From Rotaria socialis (Eukaryota): a stretch of DNA of 64,000 bases. The notes beneath the pieces are model-generated. The model had not been told where the DNA came from. It did not search any database and saw only the letters and a list, made by a program, of their open reading frames with translations. The stretch covers positions 186,001 through 250,000 of the forward strand of contig CAJNYD010000449.1 of assembly GCA_905331295.1 (NCBI GenBank), given 5' to 3'. Below, in pieces: positions 1 to 14,223 of this stretch; the stretch's first letter is position 1, and the number at the start of each line of letters is the position of its first letter. The position numbers and the translations under genes were made by a program.

Positions 1-815
1 AAAAACTGCTTTTTGTTTACGTTCATCGAATTCTTCATCGTCGAATCATCGTAATTCTCGACGTCGTCCAAATCCATTGCCACGTCGTTCATCAACACAA
101 ACAACACCAACTGATTATGTTAATAAACTTGCTAATTTATTTACGAAAAATTTTTCTACACCATTAACATCAACATCAATATCCAATGAAAATCACATAA
201 GCACGCAAACATATGAAACAATTTCAGCTACATCATCGCCTCGTTTTACTACTGATCATATGACTACTGATAATATTCGTCCTACATTCAAAGGATATGT
301 ACGATAATTTTGTGAAAATTAAATTAAATTTGAAAAATTAATTTTTTGTCTTATAGCCAATGCCAAAACGTGTTTATGATATTCCAATAACAATTGAACG
401 TCCGACAAAACGTCTTATCACACCATTCGAACAATATCAACAACCAGGAATACGAAATTCTCGTTCCGTTGAACCAATATCAGTTGTTCAATCAAATAAA
501 AAAAATGATGACGACGACGAAGATGAAGAAGAAGAAGAAACACCTTATGCTCACGGCTATGATAATTTAGCAAAAAATGATGGTATTGGAAAATTCCGTT
601 TTGTCATTCCATTTAATCATAGTCCAACATCGGCTTTTACAACATCAAAATCAACTATGAAACCAATAAATTCTCCAGTAAGTTCAACATCATCAACAAT
701 CAGTTCATATTCAACTGTTCGTCAAGCATCATCATCGTCAAATAATAATTCAAATTTGAACAACAACAACAACAGCAATGATAATATTCGATCAACGTTG
801 ATGACAGCCGTCTAG
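1..815 (+). CDS. 3' part of an unidentified Ser/Thr/Asn-rich low-complexity protein, truncated by the window start
   Basis: ORFs 77..307 and 360..815 join in frame through a GT-AG intron at 299..356 (...KGY|PMPKR...). Stop at 813-815. No family recognised. Confidence 0.6.
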
Positions 816-2081
816 AATCATATTTTTTGCTCATTTATCTTTCAAGTATCGAACTTATTTTAACTTTGTAACAGTATCATCATTCACCTATGTTCTTTTC
901 AGTGCTTTTCGTTTTTTATGCAAATCGTTTGTTTTTCTTCTCTCGCTTCATATTTAGTGATAGAGCTTGTGTTTGCACTAGTTCGTTTTCGTGTTTTATG
1001 TCTAGCATCAACATTCTGTTATATGTTGATGTAATGTATATTTTGGGAAAGAAAAGAAACTCAGAATGATACATCAGGAAAAAAAGCAACAAATGCAATC
1101 TCAGAGATTTTTTTTGTTGTCAGATAGATGAATTAAGTTTGTGAAAAAGATGAAACAATAATTGGAACAGTTGAGACAAAGCTGAATGTCCGGTTATTGT
1201 TTGTTTTTTCGCTTTTTTTCCCTTTGATTTCAGGAAAAAATTACAACTTTTTATGTTTTTACTGGAATAGAAATCAAAGTAAACTTTAAAAACATTTATA
1301 GATGTTTTTATGTTTGTTTTAGATTAGTCGTTATTTTGATCGTTGGTGGCAATTGAAATGGTAGGTTTTTAGATTTCATAGTTTTTGTTCTATAAAAATA
1401 AAATACTATTGAAATAAATCATACAACTGATATACTGTACGCGTACGATTAAAGGTAGCCGATTTGTATCTAATCAGAATTAATCTACATTACATAGATA
1501 CACTCACAGTCATAGTGCAGTATTTAAAAAACTGTCTCTCTTATACAATAAAAAAATTTACTCTTTAGTTTCTTTTATTAAGACCAACAAAGAAAAATAT
1601 GAAATCATATCACACTCTACCAATCAACAAGTGATGTACGATTTACTCAGTACCGTTCTACTTGAAAAATTTGATCCAGTTCGCTAATCATATTCTCAAT
1701 CGATTTTCTTCATAAAATAATACTGATTTCTAATTCTTAAACATATTTTCAAACACAATTTACTGCTTGATCATATTTGAACTGTTTGTTGTTTTCATCC
1801 GTATGCTTTTCTAAGAATTTCTAGTTTACAGAACGATAAGTAATTTTGATTGTCGAGATTTCGTTTATTAATTTATCCGATTCAGGTATAAGATCATACA
1901 GGAAAAGTTAAATTGATCTATTCGTAGGACATTAGTTACAAAACTATTGTAAACGAACCAGAAAATCAATAGCTATTATCTCTTTCGAAATGATTTTAAT
2001 CTCGATTGACTATCTTTTCGATCTGTTAAAAGATGTGAAAGTTTTTCGTTTTAACAGTATTAATATTGTTGCTAATCGCAT

Positions 2082-3608
2082 ATGGTAGTTATTGTAAATT
2101 GATATTTAAGAAAAACTTTTCTAATTTTTCTTTTGTTTAGATTCAATTTATTTTATTGTTCAGTCGACAAGGCAAACTTCGTCTTCAGAAATGGTATACA
2201 TCACAAACAGAAAAATCAAAGAAAAAAATAACACGTGAACTAGTTGCAACAGTTCTTGCACGCAAACCAAAAATGTCGAGTTTTCTCGAATGGAAAGATC
2301 TGAAAGTAGTCTACAAACGGTAAATAAAATTCCTAAGTTTTTCTTTTCTTTTCAAATAAGTAATTTATTATTGATTTTTTGTTTTCAAATAATTCTTACA
2401 TAGATATGCTAGCCTTTACTTTTGTTGTGCAATTGAACAAGACGATAATGAACTATTAACACTTGAAACAATTCATCGTTATGTTGAATTACTCGATAAA
2501 TATTTTGGCAGTGTAAGTAAATCTATTTTCGTATTTTTCATTTTTAAAATTATGGAAATAAATAGGTTTGCGAACTTGATATTATATTTAATTTTGAAAA
2601 AGCGTATTTCATCTTTGATGAATTTATATTGGGTGGTGAAATTCAAGAAACAAGCAAAAAAAGTGTTCTGAAAGCAATTAATGACCAGGATGTTATTCAA
2701 GAGGTAAAATAGGATTTCTTTTAGGAATATTATTTTGTTTTTGAGGATTTTGAGCGGAAAGCTATTCACACACACATACACACACACAGCTACTTATAAA
2801 ATATAGCAGCAAAATAAACAAGCAACAATTCAATATTTCAATGCTAATCTAAGATCACACTTTGTTATATATAATTCACAGGATGATCAACTACAAGAAA
2901 TACTTTATGAATACGGATTGCTTTGAAATTGTTTTTATTTGTTATTATGATTCTTTCTTCTTTGTTCTGAGTATAAATTGATAGTAGAGAGGGTGCTTGG
3001 TTCGCGTTTTAATTCTCCTTCTTCTTATAATGATCATTGACATGAATGATAAAATGGTGTGCCTATCTCAATGCTTTACAGTTTTTCCTCTCTGTCTGTC
3101 TATTTCTAGGAAGAAACGCCACAGGGCTTCTTTGAAGATCATGGTCTTGGATAATGAACTCTACTATTATAACGATAATCATACACTTTTGCATGTGTTT
3201 TAATCCTTTTTCTGTTGTTTCTGCCGTCATAGCTATATTACTAATAGATTATTTCCGTTCATTATTTAGTCAGATCAAGTATTTGCAAAAATTTGCTTTT
3301 GTTCTTCTTTTAATCGTTGTCTCTATCAACAGTTGCATTTTTTTCTCTTTTTTGTTAATTTCGTTTCTGTTTTTTTTGTTTCTCACACATACACTTATGA
3401 ACAAAATAAAAGTACACACGATGCATGAAAATGATATCATTTATGCTTTTGATGTACCTCGATGTATGTGTGTGTGCGAATAAGCTTTCTTGACTTAATT
3501 TATTTCTTAGTTTATATAATTTTAATTTATTTCTTTTGTTTTATTTAAATATTTTAGGAAGAACTGGAAGAAAAACGCAGTGTTCTTGAAGATCTTGGTT
3601 TGGCTTAA
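2082..3608 (+). CDS. AP1S: AP-1 adaptor complex sigma subunit with alternative first and last exons
   Basis: Exons: ATG 2082-2084 (or 1358-1360), 2141-2319, 2404-2512, 2566-2703. They give [20 protein letters not shown]...[78 protein letters not shown]. The terminal exon is 2882-2926, 3110-3154 or 3558-3608. Confidence 0.95.
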
Positions 3609-3823
3609 GGCATCAATAATTTTTTTTCTTTTTCTTTTGTTTAACCTTGATATGGATGTATTTGATTTCTTGATCTCATTCCTTTTAACTGTACGTTCCA
3701 ATTGTATTTGTTTAATTGCTTGATTGTCTTAAAACCGAGAAATGAAAATTATGAAACTTTACTGGTTGTATTTTCAAAATAAACTTTGATTATTTAATTG
3801 ATTATTTGTTTTTAGTTAAATAA

Positions 3824-5490
3824 ATGATTCGAAGTTTAACAATTAAACGTTTTTATCATTCATTGAGAGTGTTGGGTATTGAAACGAGCTGTGATGATAC
3901 AGCAGCGGCTGTTGTTGATAGTAACCGAACTATTATAAGTCAAGTATGTCGAAATCAATTCAAATATCATCAACCATGGGGTGGTATCGTGCCAAATATT
4001 GCAAAAAATCATCACTATGCAAATTTAGTACCAGTTGTAGCTGAAGTTATGAAAGATATTGAATGGAATGTGAGTCAATTAATACGAAAAATCAATTTCA
4101 AAACAAAAATAAACATACATTTAAACTCATTTGATAACTATATACGTAAACGTATATAAAACGCCATGTTTATTTAGTTTTGAAGTCGATCATAGATTGA
4201 TATGTTCAATAGATTTCATTGAACTCTTATTTAGTCTAGACAATTGCTGCTATTGCTACAAGTATTAAGCCAGGTCTTGTTATATCACTTTGGCAAGGAA
4301 TAAAATTTACTCGTCAACTACTTGAAAAATACACACATCTATCATTTATTCCCATTCATCATATGGAAGCACATGCACTCACTGTTCGTTTGACACATGA
4401 GTAAAGATATAATTCTTTTTCTTTTTACAAATCCATGAATGAATGCATGCTTTTCGTTTGTAGTGTTCCGTTTCCATACATGGTTTTATTGGCTAGTGGA
4501 GGTCATTGCATTTTAGCTATTGTAGAAGATATTGACAAATTTTATCGACTTGGTGAAACACAAGATATTGCTCCTGGTGAAGCATTTGATAAAGTCAGTG
4601 TGATATGTTTTTCCTCATAGTTGGACGCAATCAAAAGTTGTTTTTTAATATTTAATAGAGTGCACGTGAATTGAAATTACACAAACATCCACTTGTTGAA
4701 AATATGGTGGGAGGTGCAGCTATCGGATACTTGGCACGAGAAGGCGATGAAAAACGATATCAATTAATAACATCGAAATATTCAGCTAAAATGAGAGATT
4801 GCTCTTTCAGTTTTGGTGGTATGTTATCACGAATCCGACGAGTCATTGCAAAAGGCGGCTTATATTCAGGTATGTATTCTTATATTTCATTAGAACTTTG
4901 ATAAGACTTCTAATTTTATTATGTTTTCAGAATCATCGAATGTAGATGAACAAAAATTAAAAGATTTCTCTGCATGTATTCAGTCAAGTATTGTTCGGCA
5001 TATAGAAACACGCGTACATCGAGCAATACTATTCTGCGATGCAGTTCAAAAACCACAATGGAAAAGAAGACTAGTATATGAATAGAGAACAATTTTACAT
5101 GAAATTTATTTACGAAATCTATTTCAGGTTCTTTCTGGTGGTGTTGCAAGTAATTTATATCTTCGACAATGTATAAATGATCTATGTACTCACTATGGAG
5201 TTGAACTTTTTTGTCCACCGGTAGAATTCTGTACTGATAATGGTGTAATGATTGCTTGGTAAGAATTATGGTGCTTATTTTTATACATCCATATCATAGA
5301 TTGTTTTCAAAGGAATGGCATTGAACGATATAGACAAAATATGAATGTATTTGAAAGAATGTCTGATACTCTTGTTCCTGAAGGTCGAGCACCATTAGGC
5401 TCAGATATCAGCGAACAAGTACGCGCATGCAACATCAGTGTACCATTCGAGTGGAAAAGTATTCTTGAAAAGAAAAATATCTTATTGTGA
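3824..5490 (+). CDS. OSGEPL1: Mitochondrial tRNA N6-adenosine threonylcarbamoyltransferase (Kae1/Qri7/TsaD family)
   Basis: Motifs [49 protein letters not shown] and [10 protein letters not shown] are spread over short-intron exons. The basic N-terminus resembles a mitochondrial presequence. Stop TGA at 5488-5490. Confidence 0.93.
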
Positions 5491-8077
5491 TTGAAAATCA
5501 AAATAAACAGGAGAAAACAAGTATCATGAAAAATGAGTACTAACAAATATTTTACACTCTCATTTCACTATTTTATTTCTTATTTTGTCAGAAGAGATCG
5601 ATAACATTGATAAACATAGAATAATTAGCTAAATATAGTATTCGTATTGTATCACAATACAATATTAACTATCATCCATGATGAACTATTCGAATATTTT
5701 CAATATCTGATTGAATCATTTTATATCTGTAGTCTAACTAATAAAACGTGTTCTAATATCAACCATGAAAAATACATACAGATGAAAAATAATTCACAGT
5801 TCATAACAACACTTTATCGGTTTTAAATGAATAATTATTTAAACTAGACATATTTATTGCATTTTAGTGAATATCATACGTAACTTAACATAAATGAATG
5901 TCAGTATTGATTGTAAACTTAAAAAATATAAAAATTCAAAGCCTCGGCGAACAAGAATTGCACATAAATAACAGATTTGTATTTTGTGAGAGACCAAACT
6001 CTTGAATGAATAGGATGGAATTTTATATTACCATCGAAAAACTCGATCTAAATTAACAAAAAGATAATTTAGATGGTCTTCCAATATTTTGACAAGAAAA
6101 GAAACTAACAGTTAAAAGTTTAATTCAACACAAATGACCTATAACTTGAATATGAAATCCGCTATTGAATATATTTTAATCATGCATAAAAAAAAGTCGT
6201 CGGCTAGATCGGATGTATATTTGAGAGTTCAAACTACTGAGCCAACTTTATCTGAAAAGTAGATTGCAAAGATTACATCAATAGTTCTTACATCAACATA
6301 AACATTTGAATCAATGCATCAAATATACTCCTTATTCACACTTGTAACAATTTCAAATTAATTTCGTCAGATATGAATGTGATGAAGCTTGCCTTCTCTT
6401 ACATAGACAACCAATGAAAAATATAAACATGTGAGTAGAAATACTCAGTGAGAAATAAAACGCTCAACATCTAAAGTTCACAGTTCACAAAAGATACAGT
6501 ACGAATCACAACAAGAGCAAATCAAATAACACCTTGTCGTCATTAAATACTACAGAGAATCCTAAGCTTAAAATTAAAGTTTAAGATGTTTTTTCACTCG
6601 TAATGATTCAATTAGAAAAAAACTAATTCAATTCTTTTATTCTTATCTCAATAGAAATGATCTTCAAATGAAAAATAAAGCATTTATTTTTGTTATTAGC
6701 ATATGAATAGTGAAATCAATTTAAATTGTAGCCGAGACATTGTCGTGCACGTTTCTATATTATATTATTATCTATTGTTTGTTTAACACCTTCGTGACAA
6801 CAACCATTATCAAACAATATTAAATCGATGTATAAATACCTCAAATTAAAAGGCTCAAGTACATGAATTGTACGTGCTCTTCTCGATCGATCTATTCCTT
6901 AGAAACAAATCACCAATGAAATTATTACTCAATCGCTTTAATAACTTTCTATTTTCTTTTCTTTTACAGTAGACACGTTAGAACGTAAAATATGATATAT
7001 CAAACAATGAATTGAAAGGTCATGCTACTCGGAATGAAGTACTTGAATACCAAGATATAGGAACTGGTATACACGCAACACTTTGATACGAATAAATTTT
7101 CATAACTGATTAAAAAACATAAATGCATGATACATTAATCTATAAATTTATTACCGCATGAAAAATAAAACAAAATAGTTATTATTTATTAACATAGCCT
7201 ACTGTGGAAAAGGGTACCTATGAAACATTCAGAAGAACAAGCAGAAATTTTTCATTGATGTTCTTTATCATAACTTGTCTGAACTGAAAAAACATCTGCT
7301 TATCATATTTGTACTTATTCCAACTGTCAAATAACAGATAGAGACATTTAGATACATAAATCGGTAGTCTATGATGAAAAAAATGTGTATAAAATTTATA
7401 TTATTCAATGTGTGTCAAGAAAAATTTGATTCAGTTACAAAAAAACTTGGCATTTATAGTTCAAACGATAAATATTCGTTATTGTTGTTAACCTTTTATT
7501 GATGTGAACGTGATAGATCGACAGATGATTGAGCATACAGTTGATATGTGTATATATATATATCAACTAGGCTCTTAGCTCTTCGAGAATATAGAAAGGA
7601 AGAAGGTATTGCACTAAGGTCACTTGTGTTGTTTTGAAGTTATTAATCTTCGAATTGATTGTATTAGTGATCAATACAAAATAACATGAAAAAATATTGT
7701 TGTGTCTTAAAATCGAAACTGAGCATAGATATAATAAAATAAATAAATAAATGTCTGCTTTTAAAAATTTTTTTTCAGAGAAAAAAATCCTTGAATATGA
7801 ACGAGTTCTTTAATGGTTAACTCACTTTTGATGAACAGAATCTCTTTGCAAGCAAATTCTTACAAATCGAATTCACTATGCAAATCAGTTCATTAATGCA
7901 CACTGAAATACATCAGTAAAATTGTTGATTTATGTTTATGATTGAGAAAATACTATTATGATTTAAAATGAAATGTTGTGCTTTGAATTTTAGTTGTATA
8001 TATTGATTTTGGTTCTATTGTAAACTAAATTTGACATTTAGATTGATTAGACAATAATCTTATTTTCTAGATTTACT

Positions 8078-8378
8078 ATGAAACAAGACGTCCATTCCAT
8101 GATTTATAAATCTCGTTCATTTGTTAGATAAATATGCGCATCGATTATAGATGAACATGGAACAGATTCTGCTTTATTATATCACATAACCTGGTATCAA
8201 GAAAAGGTAATTTATTTTTATAAAAGCACTTGTTATATTATTCGAAAAGTTTTCATAGCTCTTCCGATCAATTAAGAAACTAAATTGCATTCATTCTTCT
8301 TTGCTAAAAAACTACGTTGAGAATTTATCTTCATTACAACATTTTTATCCTGCAAGTATTTTAGATAAATTGATGTAA
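8078..8378 (+). pseudogene. Small two-exon decayed gene or gene fragment with one in-frame stop
   Basis: Reads MKQDVHSMIYKSRSFVR*ICASIIDEHGTDSALLYHITWYQEK, then a phase-0 GT-AG intron at 8207..8258 (52 nt), then LFRSIKKLNCIHSSLLKNYVENLSSLQHFYPASILDKLM*. The internal TAA is at 8129-8131. Confidence 0.4.
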
Positions 8379-8795
8379 ACTATTTGTGTACTAAATGTCT
8401 TTAGCAATTTGACGTCACATTGTCAATTGAATTTCAATAACTTTTTCTCTGGTGCAAAAATAAACAATTTTCTTGTCGAAACCTTCCAGGAATATCGTGT
8501 ATTGTAGACTTATCAATACGGATATCGATTGGTTTCTTCTCATTCGAAATCTTTTAAATTGTCACTGAGATTTTATTTACAATTCGCATGCATATTAAAA
8601 CGAGATTACTACAACATCAAACAGAAAATATCTATTAACATCTTTAAAATAAAGCTAAAAGTTGAAAATAAAGGATAATGATCAAAAACTAAAACTTCAG
8701 ATGTAATTTCATTGAATAAACCAAACGTTTCATGAGAATTCTCTCAATGATATTCGAATCATATTAATTTTCAGTATAGATAAGAGCTAATTAAT

Positions 8796-11350
8796 TCAGT
8801 TTTTCTTCATTTGAAATACTTTCTTCAATCCTTTCGGCATTACTAATTCATGACCATTATCACTTTCGTGTAATTGTATATCTTGTATTGCACATATAAA
8901 TAATGTATCAACTGCCATTGAATAAACTGAGAAGAAACATGTAGCAATGATGTATGTACCAACAATAATTAAAAATAATGGCACAAAATAATATCTTAAT
9001 TCTGGTACATATTTTTCTGCGTGTGCGATACGATGTGTAAAAAAGAAAAAAGCCAGAATACCAATGGCACCTGTAACACATAATTTACCAAGAAATATTA
9101 AAAAGTCGCATACTTTATCAATAACAAGTAAACGAAGAGGATTGGAAATAATTAGATGGAACGCTCTTCGTGCCGATGTAAAAAATCCTGTCCCATAAAT
9201 AGCTGTAATAATGTATGCATTGCGGTTAAGAAATTTTAAAAATTTCTCCAAACAAAACAAACAACAACGACAACAACAAAATACACATCGAGCAATTGAT
9301 CCAGTTTTATCTTTCACTTTTTCTTCCAAATATTCAAGTAAACCACGAATAAGTTTAACGATTGCTATAAGTAAAGAACCAAATGCTATTGTGCCAAGAT
9401 GAAACACAAGTGCACGTAAAAGTGATGCGAGTAAAGATGAACATGGAACACCAGATCGTTCTCGATCCCAATAATAACGTGCATAAACACCAGCTAAGAT
9501 CAATCAAGATTTTATCCGAAAAATAGAATTATCCTTTAAAATTATACTAACCGAGAACTAATTCACTAAATCCAATAACAAAAGCTGTTAACCAAAATAA
9601 CATAAAAGCAGAAAAGACTTGCGGAATCCATTGATGTTGATTAACAAAGCTAATAAATGATTTAAAATGAGTACCAGTTCCTAAAAAAACATGAAGTATA
9701 TTTACTAACAATTTTCAAATTATTATCTTACCATCGAGAATACTATCTAAATCTAGTTGTGGATCATAACCATATTGCCAGAAAACGCATGTGCTATTCG
9801 AACTACTAATATTATTCAATTTATTTGGATCACATATGTCACCCAATAATATATTAGTTGTATTAGCTACTGTTTCATTATAGGCTATACGGTAAATAGG
9901 TTTTCCCGATGTTGACAAATAAACAGCAACAATAGCCCAATAAACAAATACTGCTATTTGTAATAAAAATGGTATAAACGGCCAAAAAAGACTGAACATA
10001 TTATAGCCCACAGCTTTAGATGCTTCTTTAAGAATAGCTAAAGCTATTCGTAAGCGTTTAAGCAATGCCAAAAGAACTAAAATTGATATAAGAAGAAGAA
10101 CACCCAATATAATACCAATAATTAGCCATGTTATTGGTAGACTTCGATAATAATTAGCATCAGTAACAAATTTAAATTCAGTCACTATTTGATTATCATT
10201 CTTTTTACGAAGTTGATCGAACTCATAAAATGCTAAGCCAGTTGCAATACCTAATGCAAAAATAAATAGAATAATGCCAAGCCAAACAATTGGTTTTGCA
10301 AGCCAACGCATTAAGACAATCCATAGAAACTAGAATGCTTATTATTGATTAAAACTATAAATAAAAAATGGATCATTCATACAGATACAATCGAAGCCAA
10401 AGTTAAAGCAATTAAAATATATTTCCATGATACTGTTAAATCTTCGACAAGAAATGCTCCTATTTGTTTTAAATTCAGTATGTCAATCAAATATTTCACA
10501 CCCTGAAATTATTCATAGTCAAAGAAATTGTATTCCAGAAAAGGGCATTACCTGTGCAAGACTTGTACCGTTTAATGGTTGTCCATTCGAATCATATACA
10601 ATCTTGTTTTCACCATTATCATCTGCGGTCTACATAAACAAAAATATTCCTTCTTTTATTATTCTTTTCTCATCAAATGAATAAGATAAACAAACTTCAA
10701 TTATACTGTTAGTTAGACTTTGCAATTCTTCTGGAACACATCGACCAAAAAGTGGTTTACTAGCTATAATATAGGGTGCACACTTTCCAGAATCGACTAA
10801 ATTTTCATTATTCGTTTCAGTTGCATTCACATCGTATGTACATATTCTATTTGCATAATAGTTTCCAAATTTATAGTAAGATGTCTTATTTGGACATTGT
10901 TGAACACAAACTTGTGTTGTTGGACAAACAAATGGACGACTTTTTAACATATTAGCTGGAATATTTAGTGCTTTGATACATTTTGTCCAATCAAAAAAAT
11001 ATAAATATGGTCGATCAAGAAATTTGCCTGAACCGCAAAGATTTCCTTGATTATCTGTTGGATGAATAAGTTGTTTTGGATCACCTAGTCATTTCAAATA
11101 AATCAGTTCGATATTTAATAGTATAGAATCAATTTAGATACCTTCTTTAAAAGCAAATATACTTAGAATAACAAATAAGATTATGAATACGAGAAAGATG
11201 AAACAACAGGGGATATCTACAGCAATATGAAAATGTTTTCAATTATTAAAAAATATCATATTACTAACCTGTGAAAAATCGGTTTCGTTGAAGACCTTGT
11301 TGTGGTAGTTCATAACGAACACTTTTGCTTGGCGACACAGATGTCTTCAT
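8796..11350 (-). CDS. SLC44A: Choline transporter-like protein (SLC44A/CTL family, CTL2/4/5-like)
   Basis: N-terminus MKTSVSPSK...RFFTDIPCCFIFL...GDPKQLIHPTDNQGNLCG, then CPTTQVCVQQCP. C-terminal motifs FHLGTIAFGSLLIA, CLEKFLKFLNRNAYI and YSMAVDTLFICAIQD. Multi-exon with GT-AG introns. Confidence 0.93.
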
Positions 11351-14223
11351 TTTTTAAGCTACTCTGCGTCTAAAAGTTCAAATACATTTAATATTCAACC
11401 AAGACAAACAAAAAAAAATACTTTTTAACCTATTCATAATCATAAACAATCATTTCTTAAGCTTCATTCTATTGCTTCAAGCTTTGAAATTAATACTCTG
11501 TTCTGAGAAGTTAAAAAAAGAAGAAAAAAATAAGGGTTTTACTCATTGAACAAAAGTGATTCAGATGCGAATATCAAAATTGGTCAGAATTTTATAAAAA
11601 AAAACATCGTAATAAAATAGTTTGACTGCCGGAAAAATGATTACAGTGTTTGAATAATCACACGAGGAAAAAAAATGAGTGCAGACATTTTTTTATCATC
11701 CTCCCAGAATGTGGAAATGTTACGAGACCTTTACATTCAAACACTCGAAATCGACTAGTCGGATGCACAGAGAACGAGTAAAAAAAAGGTACAAAAATGT
11801 TTATGAAAAATAAAATAAAATTGTGTAATACGACGAGAAAGATTCACAAGAAGCGCCAACAGTCAGTCTATAGTGAGAATGAGAATAAGAAAAAAGGAAA
11901 ATAATTTATTTTCTTATTTACTCAAGTTTATTTTATCATTGAACTATAATATTTTCCAAACTCACTGATAGTATATGTACCAAGTTGAGATAATATTGAC
12001 TCGATTTTCATATATAAATATATTGATCGATCTTTTTCTCATCTACTGATTCTGCACAATCATGATTCATAGAGAAAAGCCTAATGAATGCTGTTCAAAC
12101 AGTCTTTGTATAACAATGCAGCTGAAGAAACAGACATACAACTATGTTATAGGATTATAACTGTTAGCGATACGCACTAGTACAAGACAAATAGTCTTGA
12201 TATTGGTCACGACCATGAGAAAGAGAATCATAATCGCTTGCTTTCTGTTTTGTCATTTTTTATTCTGTAAAAAACAGCAGGAGTAAGAATAGATGAATAA
12301 GATGGCATGCGATGTGTGCGTCAATCTGTCGAATGCTTATTATTCTTCACCACATATATTTGTGCAGTATTTATCATACATAACATAGAAAATACCTATC
12401 TCTAAGGAGACATCAAATGTGCGACGAGAACAACTTAAGATAGAAGAGAACGAAAAAGAAAAAAACAAAGTACGAATTTACTCAAGGATCTGTTTCGCAG
12501 TTGTATAATTGTAACTGAACTTTAATAAATTAATATTGGTCAATAAACATACGGATAAACGCTTTGAATTGTATAGTTAGCAATTAAGGGCAAATAGTGA
12601 TCATCGTTATTTTCATTTAAAAATCAAGATGTCGCACACGAACAGCATCCATAAAAAGAACAGTTTATATATTGGCTTTTCATAAGTCCAATCACATGCT
12701 CCAATAATATATACTTATGATTTATATTTTGAATTATTATTATTCGAACCTTCATCATGTCAATTTTCTTGTACGTATGTGGAGTTCTAGTAGAATGGAA
12801 ATATTTTCTTCGAAATTCTTCTTTATTATTATTTTTTCGTATACATATTTACCATGATTTATTCAGAAAATCGTTGAAAACAGATTTTTATTTTTGACAT
12901 TTCAAACATTATATGTTCAACCAGGAAGCCACTACTTTTGAAGTGTATCAAGTAGTTGGATTTTAGGCCAGTGACTTACAGTTATGTTATTTTAAATATA
13001 AAAGCATGATGCTAACAATGGCCAGCGAACACAAAATTTATTATGATATCATAATGATCTATATTAAAAGAAATTATTTTAATTAATATTAACTTACGCT
13101 TCATAGCTTTATCTTAAAACAAGTCACGACGTTTCGAATCATTTTTAATTGCTTTATTTCAAATTCATACAAAGTAAGAAATAAAAACAGCCGTTATCAA
13201 ATAGACGTACACCAGAGTAGTTTTATTTTCATAGGGTAATATACTTAATTTCCTCTAACATGAAATTATTGAAAAACAATACTTGTATTTGAGTATGCTA
13301 AATATATAATAAGCAGAATTCGTTTTCTTTGTGTTATTTTTCACTATTTTTTATTACAGTTTATGTTGATAAATTTAAATTTAAAACACGTTTCGTTGTT
13401 GCAGTTTTCTATTTATTTGTTTTCTTACTCATTTATTCGAACATATACATCATGACTAACGTTCAGCAATTAATTGCTCATAAAACACATGAATACATCA
13501 TAGGGAGAGTAAACATCGAAAACACCAATCATCTTTGGTATATTTGTTTTACGAGATGCACTGAAACTTTCATGGCAATGATTAGTTCAAAATAGTCTAA
13601 GAATTGATGGCGTGGTCTGCGAAAAGTATGAAATAGGTAGCTACAATGAATACTTGATTGACTCTCAAGACTACCTACGAAAGATACCGTTTATATAACA
13701 ATACCATTAGCGAAATATTCATTAAATATCTAATGCAAGAAATCTGTCATATCATCTGATCCAGAAATTGTTTTTTTTCTATACTATCTCTGAGTTAATG
13801 TTGTTGAGTTTGTTTGGTCATCGTAGAAGTAATATTTTTTGTTTAGAAAACAATCATTTTTTTATTAATCATCGTTTCGTTTTTCTGTGAATTAATTTTT
13901 TTGTTTATCTTCATGCCCACTAGATAAATATTGTTAAATGATGATAACAGTAAAATAAGGAAGAAGATATTTATCGCTACTATAGTTGTTTTTTTGCTGA
14001 ATAAGACAGATTAGAAACATGTGGCTTGTGGAGGCTTGTGAAAATCGAGTTTGTTTTTAAACGAAACAATCTACTGTTTTTATTGATTACCTTTCATTGA
14101 ATCATTAGCATGATCATCAAAGAGACTTGTATAGAACAAATAAACTATAATTTATTAATCGACGTGTTAACTTTTAACTTCCAGTTTTCATAATTTTGTT
14201 CCATAATATTTTAGTACATAACA

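Noticed and set aside
2479..3483. ORF-track ORFs 2479..2787(-), 2997..3203 and 3154..3483
   Set aside because: They are antisense to AP1S exons or run through its introns and UTRs. Their composition is AT-rich low-complexity.
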